A stretch of DNA of 64,000 nucleotides from an uncultured Clostridia bacterium (GCA_947427385.1 CANEHT010000005.1:3347-67346); one strand, 5' to 3'; counted from the first letter of the stretch, positions 9,884 to 20,315 are shown. Numbers and translations: made by a program. The notes: a model not told the origin generated them from the sequence alone.

Positions 9884-10948
9884 ATGGCGGTGATTAAAAT
9901 AAATTTTCAATTTGAGTCTAAAATAAGTAAAAAAAATTTGTCTGTTTTATGCAGACAAATTTCATTTATGTTGCAATCAGGAATTTCTATCAGTAAAGCG
10001 CTAGAAATTTTAGCGGGACAATCACAAAATAAAAATTTAAAAATTATTTTAAGTGACATACATAAAAATATTTTAGAAGGTAAATCATTTTCACGATGTC
10101 TTTTACAGCATGGTAAAAAATTTCCCGCACTTATGATAAATATGATAAAGGCGGGAGAGAATGCAGGGAGATTAGATGAGATAATGAATCAACTTGCGGA
10201 CTATTATCAACAGGAAAATGATTTTATTACAGATTTTAAACGGGCAATGATTTATCCATGTATTGTGTGCGTAATGATGTTAACAGTTTTAGTCATGGCA
10301 TTAACATTTGTAATTCCAAGTTACGCACAAATGTTTTCACAAAATGGTGCGAAATTACCGCTGCTAACTCAAATAGTTATTGGTATCAGTAATTTTGTTG
10401 GAAAGTATTATTTACTTTTGATATTATTTTTCATAACAATTTTTATTTTACTGGTATTGTTTTTAAAAACAAATAAAGGACAAATTTTTTATGGCAAATT
10501 TCTTTTTTCATCGTTTGTAAAAAAAATTTATCGTATACGTTTAAATTTTATATTTGCTCAAATCTTTGGAATGCTTTTAAGGTCGGGCGTTGATATCATT
10601 TCAGTATTTGAAAATGTAAAAGATGTTGTCGGCAATAAATTTTTAGATAAAGATTTCGATTTAATGATTAATCAAATTAGAAATGGTGAGAGCGTGAGCG
10701 AAGTTATCAATAAATCTGGCAAATTCAATACGATTTTATCTGAAATGATAAATGTTGGCGAAAATAGTGGAAATTTGCCCGATACTATGCTTTATTGTCA
10801 AAAATATTTTGAAAATGAATTCAAAGATAGTTTGAAAAAACTTGAAAAAATTATCGAACCAACGTTCACGATTATCACCGGTATAATTTTAGGAATCATA
10901 ATGCTCGCGATAATGGAACCAACTTTTACGTTAAATGATATTTTTTAA
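9884..10948 (+). CDS. Type II secretion / type IV pilus platform protein (GspF/PilC/ComGB family)
   Basis: Two T2SSF-type repeats (...AGENAGRLDEIM... and ...VGENSGNLPDTM...) and three TM segments. The ATG at 9884 is preferred over the TTG at 9839 used in the track. Confidence 0.85.
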   Translation: MAVIKINFQFESKISKKNLSVLCRQISFMLQSGISISKALEILAGQSQNKNLKIILSDIHKNILEGKSFSRCLLQHGKKFPALMINMIKAGENAGRLDEIMNQLADYYQQENDFITDFKRAMIYPCIVCVMMLTVLVMALTFVIPSYAQMFSQNGAKLPLLTQIVIGISNFVGKYYLLLILFFITIFILLVLFLKTNKGQIFYGKFLFSSFVKKIYRIRLNFIFAQIFGMLLRSGVDIISVFENVKDVVGNKFLDKDFDLMINQIRNGESVSEVINKSGKFNTILSEMINVGENSGNLPDTMLYCQKYFENEFKDSLKKLEKIIEPTFTIITGIILGIIMLAIMEPTFTLNDIF

Positions 10949-12283
10949 TTATTCTGCTTTAATGGCAACTAATGCGCTTAATTTTGTTGCACGACGCGCC
11001 GGGAAATAACCTGAAAACAAACCGATTAATCCTGAAAAAATTATTGCGACAGCACACAACCAAATTGGTATCAATGAAACGACTGATTTTTCTGAATACA
11101 TATAAACATCAGTATTGAAAAATGAAATGTTTGTGGTATTCAAAATATGTGAGACCAACAAACTTATCAGTGCGCCAATTATTCCGCCGAAGAATCCAAT
11201 TATTGAAGATTCTAGCAGGAATAATTTTTTTATGTCGCGGATAGATGCACCGATTACTTTCATGATACCGATTTCGCGCGTACGTTCGTATACCGACATT
11301 ATCATAGTGTTTGCAATACCAATTGCCGCAACAAATAATGAGACTGCACCGATTGCGCCAAGTAATGCTTGCATATTTGCGGAAGTTGCCCGCATGTTTT
11401 CCAAATATTCGCCTTCATAGTATGCGTTATATCCAAGTTCTTTGACTTTTTCCGCAATATCTTTGACACTGTTAATATTTTTGCATTTTACATAAATTTG
11501 ATTGTACTCGTCAGAATTATTTTCGCCGGAATTTTTTTTACGCATTTCTGCTTTTAACTTTTTAGTTTGTTCAATAGTCATATAACAATTGTAATCGGAT
11601 TCGCTCCAACCAGATTCATCAGATTTTAATATTCCAACAAATTTTACAGCGTGCGATTTAATATTTGACGATGAAGAATTTCCGTCAGTAGTGTCAACTT
11701 CACCGTAATTCATATCAGTAGAAATCGTAACGCGGTCTTTCATAAGATTAACTTGTGGCGAATCATAATAAACATAGCTACGGCTATTTTTTTTGCGAAA
11801 AGAGTAGGGGACTTTACCGCCGCAAACAATATTTAATTTATCATCTTCATTTAAAAATCGGCCACTCTCTAGCTCATAGCCTAAAATTTTTAGAAATGGC
11901 GCTTCGATTCCAACGACATTTAATGTCGCACAATATTTACCACACAAAGCTTTTATGGAATACGACAAATTAATTATAGGGCTAACCGCTTCAACATTTT
12001 TTATTTGTTTGAAATTATATACGGCGGTGTTGTCCAATTTTATTTTATTTTTTTTTGTTTGATATTGCGGTGAAGTTTCATCAACACCAACAACATGAAT
12101 TAAAGTTATATCTGAAAGTTGAAGTAGTTGGCTCTCAAAGTTTTTATTTATTGCAAGCCCTAACGATATCATTACAATGATTGAAGCGGTACCGATTGAG
12201 ACGCCCAAAATTGTCAAAAATGTCCGAAGTTTACGTTTAAAAAGATTTTTGAGCGCCATCGCAATCAGATCAATATTATTCAT
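10949..12283 (-). CDS. ABC transporter permease, MacB/FtsX type
   Basis: N-terminal TM segment, a large extracytoplasmic domain and a C-terminal FtsX-like three-TM bundle. It overlaps the upstream gene by 8 nt. Confidence 0.85.
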   Translation of the reverse strand: MNNIDLIAMALKNLFKRKLRTFLTILGVSIGTASIIVMISLGLAINKNFESQLLQLSDITLIHVVGVDETSPQYQTKKNKIKLDNTAVYNFKQIKNVEAVSPIINLSYSIKALCGKYCATLNVVGIEAPFLKILGYELESGRFLNEDDKLNIVCGGKVPYSFRKKNSRSYVYYDSPQVNLMKDRVTISTDMNYGEVDTTDGNSSSSNIKSHAVKFVGILKSDESGWSESDYNCYMTIEQTKKLKAEMRKKNSGENNSDEYNQIYVKCKNINSVKDIAEKVKELGYNAYYEGEYLENMRATSANMQALLGAIGAVSLFVAAIGIANTMIMSVYERTREIGIMKVIGASIRDIKKLFLLESSIIGFFGGIIGALISLLVSHILNTTNISFFNTDVYMYSEKSVVSLIPIWLCAVAIIFSGLIGLFSGYFPARRATKLSALVAIKAE

Positions 12284-14327
12284 CTAAATCATTGCCTTTC
12301 TTTTTCTGCCGAATTTTCTTTACAATAAATATTGCGACGCCCACAGAAATAATAATTGCGCCCCAAATGTATGGATTTTTCAACCAACTTTTTTTTGGTT
12401 CTTCAATTGGCGGCGTATCAGGTGTAAAATTATCATCAATTGGCATAGATTCTTGGACATTTACGGTAAAATTTTTAATTTGTTCTTTCGTTTCGCCCGC
12501 ATCATCTTCATATGAAATAATTATGCGTCCGCTTTTTTCACCGGGCTGTAAAGGTGTAAAGTTTCCTTCATACGTATCGCTTGTACTCGTATTAAATTTG
12601 CCATAAAAAATTGCGCTTTGTTTTGCATCAAAATCTTCGCCTTCAATTTTAATCAAAAGGTTATTCAAATTAACCTTACCGGTATTATAAAAATCGAAAG
12701 CTATTGCAGTCGGTTGATTTACGTAAATTTCATTTGGAATATTTATTTCACTAGTATCAAGTTTTGTTGGCTGCTTGACACTTATTCCAATTGTTTCCGA
12801 AGATTTAATTTCATTGTGCTTTTCATCTTCATATTCAAAATTTACAACGACACTATAATTTTTTGGCGTAGCAGTCGGCAAGGTATAGAGCCGTAATTTT
12901 TTTTCAATTTTATCTGACGGCGCAATATCTCCAATAAAAAATGTCGTACTTCCATTGACAGGCGTAAAGACGTTTCCTTTTTGTTCATTTGTACTTGTCG
13001 CCGCTTCATCTATTGTCAACGAAACTTTCGTATTCTCAACACGTTTATTTTTATGCGTATTTTTAAATGTCATACTCAAATCAAATTCAGAACCCGCCGT
13101 AACTATCATTGGATTTGTACTGTAATTTTGAACAATAATTTTTGGCTTGCTTTGTGAATCTGAGGCTTCTGAGTCAGGATTATTCACATTTATTCCGATG
13201 TATTGCTCAAAAGAATTTTTGTCAACATTTTCATACTCAACTTGAAATTTTATCGAATAATTTTGTGTTTTGGCTTTCGAAGTTGGCGCAAATGCAAACG
13301 TTAAATTTTTTGCTTCATTTGGTTTCAAAAGTTGTGTCAAAATTATGTTAGGAGTTTTTGGCACAATTGCACCATCTTCATCAATTATTGCTGTAACTTT
13401 AACATTTTTCAAATTTATTTGACCTGAATTTTTCAATTTCATTGAAACAGTTGCAGTTTCACCGACGTTAAAAATTTTTGTCGGAACGATTATATCTGTC
13501 AATTCAGGTTGTGATTTATCGAGTTGAGTTTGTCCGGCAATATTTACATAGTAGAAAAAATTTTTGTCATAAACTTTTTCATCGCCGTCTTTATATGAAA
13601 CTTTGAAAGTCAATGGATAGGAACCGCTTTGAATTTTAGACGAAGCTACGAAATCAAAATTCAAATATTTTTGCATACCTGCGGAAAAATTTGGGAAATA
13701 TGTTCCCATTGTAGAATTTGCGAGATTTATTTCATCAGTTTTTATGCCTTCGATTGAAATTTGTAAATCATACGCATTTTGTGCGCTGACATTTTCAATG
13801 ATGGCCGTCAAAGAAAATTGGTCACCTGGCAAAATTTTTGCATTCGTATTTGTAAAGTTAGTTATATTTATCAATGGCGCTGAATTTTCATTTTTTATTT
13901 TTATAGCGAACGTATCGCTTTCAGTAAAATTTGTATTAACCTCGTTCGAAAAAGAGTGGGTGAGGGAAACCGTGTAAGTCCCAGATTTCGCATTCTTATC
14001 TGCTTTTACATTAAGTTTCATAATTTTTTTACCAGTCGCCGAGATAACCGGCACAGCGTTAGAATCATTTACAAATGAAATTGTAAATGGCGCGCTTGAA
14101 TCAATTGTTGCTTGCGTAAGAATGTTGTAAGCGGCGGCCGCACCAACATTTCGGATTGTAAGGTCAATATCTTTATTGCCACCAGCATTTAAATTTACAA
14201 CAGATGGGCTTTCCAATTTTATTTTAGGAGTTGCATTATTTATGGTTGGTTCAACTGGCTCAGCGTAAATTTTTATTGGCAAAAATAAGAGTAAAGTAAA
14301 AATAGCGATGAAAATTTTATTTTTCAT
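12276..14327 (-). CDS. Secreted, C-terminally membrane-anchored protein with repeated CARDB/COG1361-like Ig-fold domains
   Basis: Signal peptide (MKNKIFIAIFTLLLFLPIKIYA), about six domains of ~100 aa with recurring 'G..Y....V.N.G...a.nv' patterns, and a C-terminal TM segment followed by a KKIRQKKK stop-transfer tail. It overlaps both ABC genes. Confidence 0.65.
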   Translation of the reverse strand: MKNKIFIAIFTLLLFLPIKIYAEPVEPTINNATPKIKLESPSVVNLNAGGNKDIDLTIRNVGAAAAYNILTQATIDSSAPFTISFVNDSNAVPVISATGKKIMKLNVKADKNAKSGTYTVSLTHSFSNEVNTNFTESDTFAIKIKNENSAPLINITNFTNTNAKILPGDQFSLTAIIENVSAQNAYDLQISIEGIKTDEINLANSTMGTYFPNFSAGMQKYLNFDFVASSKIQSGSYPLTFKVSYKDGDEKVYDKNFFYYVNIAGQTQLDKSQPELTDIIVPTKIFNVGETATVSMKLKNSGQINLKNVKVTAIIDEDGAIVPKTPNIILTQLLKPNEAKNLTFAFAPTSKAKTQNYSIKFQVEYENVDKNSFEQYIGINVNNPDSEASDSQSKPKIIVQNYSTNPMIVTAGSEFDLSMTFKNTHKNKRVENTKVSLTIDEAATSTNEQKGNVFTPVNGSTTFFIGDIAPSDKIEKKLRLYTLPTATPKNYSVVVNFEYEDEKHNEIKSSETIGISVKQPTKLDTSEINIPNEIYVNQPTAIAFDFYNTGKVNLNNLLIKIEGEDFDAKQSAIFYGKFNTSTSDTYEGNFTPLQPGEKSGRIIISYEDDAGETKEQIKNFTVNVQESMPIDDNFTPDTPPIEEPKKSWLKNPYIWGAIIISVGVAIFIVKKIRQKKKGNDLDE

Positions 14328-14979
14328 TTTTAATCTCCTTTTGATTTTTTATTTCATCAATTATTCCATCACGAATATGGATAATCATATCGGCATAGCA
14401 TGAGATTTCCAAATCATGCGTAACTATAATTAATGTCTGATTATTTTTACGTGCGATATTTGTAATCAAATCCATCATTTCAAAAGTTGTTTTAGTGTCA
14501 AGATTTCCAGTCGGTTCATCTGCAAAAATTACACTCGGATTATTTACAAATGCTCGTGCGATACTTACACGTTGCTGCTGACCACCACTCATTTGTGATG
14601 GCTTATGATTAATTCTATTTTCGAGGCCAACATTTTTTAACATTTCCTTAGCTTTTTCAATACGAATTTTTTTAGGGACACGTGAAAAAATTAGAGGCAT
14701 ACAGACGTTTTCGAGAGCAGTTAAAGTTGGGAAAAGGTTATAAGATTGGAAAACGAAGCCGACATATTTTTTACGGAACTCAGCTAATTGTTCTTCGTTA
14801 AATTTTTCGAGGTGCATATTATTAAATAAGATTTGACCTTTAGAAGGTTTTTCGAGGCCGGCAATCATATTAAGTAAAGTAGATTTACCAGAGCCGGAGG
14901 TTCCAATTATGCAATAAATTTTATTTTTATCGAAATTCAAATTAATATTATTGAGAGCGATAATTTTTTCGCTGCCCAT
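14317..14979 (-). CDS. ABC transporter ATP-binding protein (MacB-type). The true start is probably upstream at the ATT at 15018.
   Basis: Walker A GTSGSGKST, signature MSGGQQQR and Walker B IIFADEP. The frame stays open upstream of the first ATG and encodes the usual N-terminal strand (IINLIGVRKIYK) behind a perfect AAGGAGG. Confidence 0.9.
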   Translation of the reverse strand: MGSEKIIALNNINLNFDKNKIYCIIGTSGSGKSTLLNMIAGLEKPSKGQILFNNMHLEKFNEEQLAEFRKKYVGFVFQSYNLFPTLTALENVCMPLIFSRVPKKIRIEKAKEMLKNVGLENRINHKPSQMSGGQQQRVSIARAFVNNPSVIFADEPTGNLDTKTTFEMMDLITNIARKNNQTLIIVTHDLEISCYADMIIHIRDGIIDEIKNQKEIKNEK

Positions 14980-15312
14980 TTTATAAATTTTTCTAACGCC
15001 AATTAAATTGATAATAATTTTCGACCTCCTTTTTTAGACACCAAATTTATTTTAGCACGAAAAAAATATTTTAGTAAAATTTTTTATAAAAATATTCTAT
15101 AAAAAAATATTTTATATGGAAATAAAAAATGTAGAAAAAATGATAAATAAAAGTAAGTATTCGCAAAAGACGTTTTTGTAGAATATCTATTTAGCTGATT
15201 TTTTCATAACTTTTACGTTATTTTTATAGAAATTTTTCACTGCATTTTATTTTGAATATGTTATAATAAATCCCGTTTCATTTTTAAAATTTTTTTTGAA
15301 AGGAGATTTATT

Positions 15313-18300
15313 ATGTCAGTTAAAAAAACAATGGATGGAAATTCCGCCGCTGCTTATACTTCTTATGCTTTTACCGAAGTTGCTGGAATTTATCCGATTA
15401 CTCCATCTTCTCCAATGGCTGAACATGTTGATGAATGGTCAGCTAAAGGTAAAAAAAATTTGTTCAATCAAACTGTTCGTGTTGTTGAAATGCAATCAGA
15501 GGCTGGTGCGGCTGGAACAGTTCATGGTTCACTTGCAGCCGGTTCGTTGACAACAACTTATACGGCATCACAAGGTCTATTGCTCATGATTCCAAATATG
15601 TATAAAATTGCTGGCGAACTTTTGCCATGCGTATTGCACGTAACGGCGCGTACTTTAGCTACGCACGCACTTTCCATTTTTGGCGACCATAGTGATGTTA
15701 TGGCATGCCGTCAAACTGGTTTTGCAATGCTTTGTTCGGCAAACGTTCAGGAAGTTATGGATCTCGCAGCAGTTGCACATTTATCTGCAATTCGTGGACG
15801 TGTTCCATTTTTACATTTTTTTGATGGCTTCCGAACTTCACACGAAATACAAAAAATTGATTGCTTAGATTATGAAGATTTACGAAAGTTAGTTGATTGG
15901 CAAGCAGTTGATAAGTTCAAAAAAGATGCGTTGAATCCAAATCATCCGGTAACGCGTGGAACCGCACAAAATTCTGATGTATTCTTTCAAGCGCGTGAAG
16001 CTTGCAATCCTTTCTATAATGCGTTGCCAAAAATTGTTGAAGATTATATGAATGAAATAAATAAGATTACTGGCCGCGATTATAAATTGTTTAACTATTA
16101 TGGAGCGCCTGACGCCGACCGTATTATTATTGCGATGGGTTCGGCTTGCGATGCAATTGAAGAAACAATTGATTATTTAAATTCAAATGGTGAAAAAGTT
16201 GGTCTTGTAAAAGTTCATTTATATCGCCCTTTTTCAATTGAACATTTTATAAATATAATTCCGCAAACTGTGAAAAAAATAGCTGTTCTCGACCGTACAA
16301 AAGAACCTGGCGCATTAGGCGAACCATTATATCAAGATGTTGTAACAGCATATTTTGAACGCAATACGCATCCATTGATAGTTGCAGGGCGCTATGGATT
16401 AGCGTCAAAAGATTTTACTCCCGCACAAATTATTGCAATTTATGAAAATTTGAAGCTTGATAATCCCAAAAATCATTTTACAGTTGGAATAAATGACGAC
16501 GTTACGCATTTGTCATTGCCTGTTCAAGATCCAATTAATGTTTCGCCAAAAGAAACTATAAGTTGTAAATTTTGGGGCTTGGGCTCAGATGGAACTGTTG
16601 GCGCAAATAAAAATTCGATAAAAATTATCGGTGACCATACTGATATGTATGTTCAAGCATACTTTGCATATGACTCTAAAAAGTCGGGCGGCGTTACGCA
16701 ATCTCATTTGCGTTTTGGGAAATTCCCAATTCGTTCAACTTATTTAGTAAATGTCGCTGATTTTGTTGCATGTCATAATCCTTCCTATGTTCATAAGTAT
16801 GACATGGTTTCAGATTTAAAAGACGGCGGCACATTTTTATTAAATTGTTCGTGGACCGATGAAGAATTAGAAAATAATTTGCCGGCTCAATTCAAAAATT
16901 ACGTTGCGAACCACAACATAAAATTGTTTACAATTGATGGTATAAAAATTGCGAAAGAAATTGGTTTAGGCAATCGAATCAATACTGTTTTACAATCCGC
17001 ATTCTTTAAACTTGCAAATATTATTCCGGCTGAACAAGCTGCTGAATATATGAAAAAAGCGATAAAAGATACTTATGGTAAAAAAGGCGAAAAAATTGTA
17101 ACTATGAATTATGCGGCAGTTGATGCCGGTTTGCAAAATGTTCATGAAGTAAATATTCCTGAACATTGGAAAAATGCTTCTGACTCAGATGAAGACTCTG
17201 ATGATGGAAATGAACCTAATTTTATTAAAAATGTTGCGAACGTTATAAATAACCTAAAGGGTGATAAATTACCTGTTAGTGCATTTAAATTTTATGAAAA
17301 TGGAACACTTGAATGTGGAACGGCTGCATATGAAAAACGTGGCATTGCAGTTGAAGTTCCAAAATGGATTAAGGAAAATTGCATTCAATGTACGCAATGT
17401 TCACTTGTTTGCCCGCATGCAACTATTAGAGCTTTCCTTGTCGGAGAAAATGATAATACACCAGTTAGTTTTGAAACTATAAAAGCAAATGGTAAAGATT
17501 TAGAGAACTATGGATTCCGAATTCAAGTTGACGTTATGGATTGTACGGGTTGTGGTAATTGTGTTAAAACTTGTCCGGCAAAAGAAAAAGCTTTGGTTAT
17601 GCAACCTTTACAAACGCAGATGGAACAAGTTGAAAATTGGGAATATGCGACAACTAAATTACAGACGAAAAATACGCCAAATCCGACAAATATCAAAAAT
17701 AGTCAGTTAAAGCAACCACTTATTGAATTTTCAGGTGCATGTGCAGGTTGCGGCGAAACACCTTATGCAAAATTGTTAACGCAGCTTTTTGGTGATCGCA
17801 TGTATATTGCAAATGCTACTGGTTGCTCATCCATTTGGGGCGGTAGCTATCCAAATTCACCTTACACATCAAATTTTGAAGGCAAAGGCCCTGCATGGGC
17901 AAACTCTTTGTTTGAAGATAATGCTGAATTTGGACTCGGAATGTATACTGCTGTAAAACAAACGCGTGCTGGCTTAAAAGAAAAAGTTCAAAGATTATCG
18001 GAACTTGCAGAAAAAGATGAAGTCAAATCAGCTATTCAAAATTGGCTTGATAATTTTGATAATGGTATAGAATCTAAAACAGCTTCCGAAAATTTGATTA
18101 ATGTAATTTCAAATTGTGCTTGTGGTGGTGAAGCTGGTGAAATTGTAAAAGAAATTATTGACAAAAAAGATTGGCTCGCTAAAAAATCACAGTGGATTTT
18201 AGGTGGTGATGGTTGGGCTTACGACATTGGTTTTGGCGGATTAGATCATGTTCTTGCAAGCGGTGAAGATATAAACGTTTTAGTTTTTGACACGGAAGTT

Positions 18301-18828
18301 TATTCAAATACTGGCGGTCAATCAAGTAAATCAACACCAACTGCGGCCGTTGCAAAATTCGCGGCATCAGGTAAAAAAATTCGTAAAAAAGATTTGGGCA
18401 TGATTGCAATGAGTTATAAATATGTTTATGTTGCACAAGTTGCAATGGGTGCAAATCAAAATCAATTGATAAAAGCTATGCTCGAAGCAGAAAGTTATCA
18501 CGGCCCTTCATTAATTATTGCTTATGCGCCATGTATAAATCATGGAATTCGTGCGGGAATGAGTTGTACGCAGGAAGAAACGAAAAAAGCTGTTGAGTCC
18601 GGCTACTGGCATTTGTACCGATATAATCCAATGCTTACAGCTGAAGGTAAAAATCCATTTACGTTGGATTCAAAAGAACCGACAAAAAGTTTCAGAGAAT
18701 TTTTAGACAATGAAGTTCGCTATTCATCATTAAAAGTTTTATTTCCTGAACATGCTGAAGAATTATTCAAAAAAGCTGAAGAAGACGCAAAAAATCGGTA
18801 TAATACTTACAAGAAATTATCTGAATAG
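15313..18828 (+). CDS. nifJ: Pyruvate:ferredoxin (flavodoxin) oxidoreductase
   Basis: 1171 aa, two 4Fe-4S ferredoxin motifs (CIQCTQCSLVCP, CTGCGNCVKTCP), the TPP motif GGDGWAYDIG, and an RBS (AAGGAG). Confidence 0.97.
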   Translation: MSVKKTMDGNSAAAYTSYAFTEVAGIYPITPSSPMAEHVDEWSAKGKKNLFNQTVRVVEMQSEAGAAGTVHGSLAAGSLTTTYTASQGLLLMIPNMYKIAGELLPCVLHVTARTLATHALSIFGDHSDVMACRQTGFAMLCSANVQEVMDLAAVAHLSAIRGRVPFLHFFDGFRTSHEIQKIDCLDYEDLRKLVDWQAVDKFKKDALNPNHPVTRGTAQNSDVFFQAREACNPFYNALPKIVEDYMNEINKITGRDYKLFNYYGAPDADRIIIAMGSACDAIEETIDYLNSNGEKVGLVKVHLYRPFSIEHFINIIPQTVKKIAVLDRTKEPGALGEPLYQDVVTAYFERNTHPLIVAGRYGLASKDFTPAQIIAIYENLKLDNPKNHFTVGINDDVTHLSLPVQDPINVSPKETISCKFWGLGSDGTVGANKNSIKIIGDHTDMYVQAYFAYDSKKSGGVTQSHLRFGKFPIRSTYLVNVADFVACHNPSYVHKYDMVSDLKDGGTFLLNCSWTDEELENNLPAQFKNYVANHNIKLFTIDGIKIAKEIGLGNRINTVLQSAFFKLANIIPAEQAAEYMKKAIKDTYGKKGEKIVTMNYAAVDAGLQNVHEVNIPEHWKNASDSDEDSDDGNEPNFIKNVANVINNLKGDKLPVSAFKFYENGTLECGTAAYEKRGIAVEVPKWIKENCIQCTQCSLVCPHATIRAFLVGENDNTPVSFETIKANGKDLENYGFRIQVDVMDCTGCGNCVKTCPAKEKALVMQPLQTQMEQVENWEYATTKLQTKNTPNPTNIKNSQLKQPLIEFSGACAGCGETPYAKLLTQLFGDRMYIANATGCSSIWGGSYPNSPYTSNFEGKGPAWANSLFEDNAEFGLGMYTAVKQTRAGLKEKVQRLSELAEKDEVKSAIQNWLDNFDNGIESKTASENLINVISNCACGGEAGEIVKEIIDKKDWLAKKSQWILGGDGWAYDIGFGGLDHVLASGEDINVLVFDTEVYSNTGGQSSKSTPTAAVAKFAASGKKIRKKDLGMIAMSYKYVYVAQVAMGANQNQLIKAMLEAESYHGPSLIIAYAPCINHGIRAGMSCTQEETKKAVESGYWHLYRYNPMLTAEGKNPFTLDSKEPTKSFREFLDNEVRYSSLKVLFPEHAEELFKKAEEDAKNRYNTYKKLSE

Positions 18829-18832
18829 ATAT

Positions 18833-18866
18833 AAAAAAAATTCGCCTAAGTGCGAATTTTTTTTTT
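18833..18866 (+). terminator. Rho-independent terminator after nifJ
   Basis: Stem AATTCGC / GCGAATT with a 6-nt loop, followed by a T10 run. Confidence 0.7.
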
Positions 18867-18903
18867 GTTTTCACAACAAATAGAGCTTGAACATAAAGTA
18901 TGA

Positions 18904-19698
18904 ATGGAGGTGAAGAAATTGTACGGAAAAATTATCAAAGATGATACCAGATATGACTACACGCAAAAATTTTTAGAGGACAAAGGAATAAAATTTGGAG
19001 ATGAAAATAGCAATTTAAACTTTATTTTATTTCCATTTAAAGAAAAAATTGATAACACATTTGATGAAAAATTTTTCAGCAATTTAAGTAAAGATGTTTT
19101 GATTTTCAGTGGTATTGAAAATAGTTATCTAAAATCTGTTTGTAAAAAAAACAACTTAAAGTATGAAGCGCTGATGAATTCGGATTACATTTCAATTTTA
19201 AATGCGATTCCAACAGCTGAAGGAATTATTTCGTACTTAATTCAAAATCGTAAGACGACAATTGCAAATTCAAATATTCTTATCATCGGCTACGGACGCT
19301 GCGGAAAAGTTTTAGCTGATAAATTGTTGGCATTAGGTGCAAAAGTTTTTGTAAATACTTTAAACAAATCTGATTACGCAATTGCTATCTCACACAAAAT
19401 TATTCCAAATCCACAAATTGATTTTAGTCAAAAAAATTTTGATGTAATAATAAATACGGCGCCGGCTCAAACAATTTCGAATGAAGATTTCAAACTTTTA
19501 CCAAATGAAACTTTGTTGATAGATATAACTTCAGTAGGGTTTGATATTGATATTGCACGAAAAAAGAATGTAAAATCGGCACGATTTTTATCAATACCGG
19601 CAAAATTTGCGCTACAAACAGCTGGTGAAATTTTAGGTGAATATATTTATAAGAAGGTGTTGAAATGTTCACAGAAAAAAAAATCGGATTCGGTATAA
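18904..19698 (+). CDS. dpaA: Dipicolinate synthase subunit A
   Basis: NAD-binding fold (IIGYGRCGK), paired and overlapping with dpaB, in a sporulation genome context. An alternative start at the TTG at 18919 has better SD spacing (GGAGGTG). Confidence 0.8.
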   Translation: MEVKKLYGKIIKDDTRYDYTQKFLEDKGIKFGDENSNLNFILFPFKEKIDNTFDEKFFSNLSKDVLIFSGIENSYLKSVCKKNNLKYEALMNSDYISILNAIPTAEGIISYLIQNRKTTIANSNILIIGYGRCGKVLADKLLALGAKVFVNTLNKSDYAIAISHKIIPNPQIDFSQKNFDVIINTAPAQTISNEDFKLLPNETLLIDITSVGFDIDIARKKNVKSARFLSIPAKFALQTAGEILGEYIYKKVLKCSQKKKSDSV

Positions 19699-20258
19699 CT
19701 GGCTCATTTTGCTCAATTAACAACGTATTTGAGTTAATCGAGCAATTACAAAATAATGGTGCAGAAATTTTTTGTTTTGTCACACCAAATGTTTTTAACT
19801 TGGACAACAGATTTAATAATGCAAGCGAACTCATAAAAAAATTGGAAGATATTACGAAAAAAAGTGTTGTGAGTGAAATAACGGAAGCAGAAAAATTTGG
19901 GCCATTTTGTCCATTAGATTGTATGGTTATTGCGCCGATAACGGGGAATTCTTTAGCAAAATTTGCGAATGGAATTACTGACAACGCAGTTTTGATGTCA
20001 GCAAAAACAACTTTACGTAACAGAAAACCGGTAGTTCTTGCTCCATTTACAAATGATGCACTTGGTATCAATGGAACAAATATTATGAAATTGATGAATA
20101 CGAAAAAAATATTTTTTGTGCCATTTGGTCAAGATGATCCGATAAAAAAACCTACGAGTATGACATCTGACATAAAAAAATTGAGAGATACAATAAATGA
20201 AGCAATGAAAGAGCGCCAAATTCAACCGGTTATAATAGAGAATTTTCACCATGAATAA
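19665..20258 (+). CDS. dpaB: Dipicolinate synthase subunit B (flavoprotein family)
   Basis: Flavoprotein-like N-terminus (IGFGITGSFC), ~197 aa, overlapping dpaA. Confidence 0.85.
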   Translation: MFTEKKIGFGITGSFCSINNVFELIEQLQNNGAEIFCFVTPNVFNLDNRFNNASELIKKLEDITKKSVVSEITEAEKFGPFCPLDCMVIAPITGNSLAKFANGITDNAVLMSAKTTLRNRKPVVLAPFTNDALGINGTNIMKLMNTKKIFFVPFGQDDPIKKPTSMTSDIKKLRDTINEAMKERQIQPVIIENFHHE

Positions 20259-20315
20259 AATTTTTGACACTGGTTATAATTTATTTGTCCCCCACTTTAC
20301 CCTTTTTGGAAAAAA

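Noticed and set aside
15296-15550. An 84-aa ORF overlapping the start of nifJ in another frame
   Set aside because: It is fully contained in the 5' end of the PFOR gene. The PFOR frame has the RBS and conserved sequence, so the alternative frame is an artefact.
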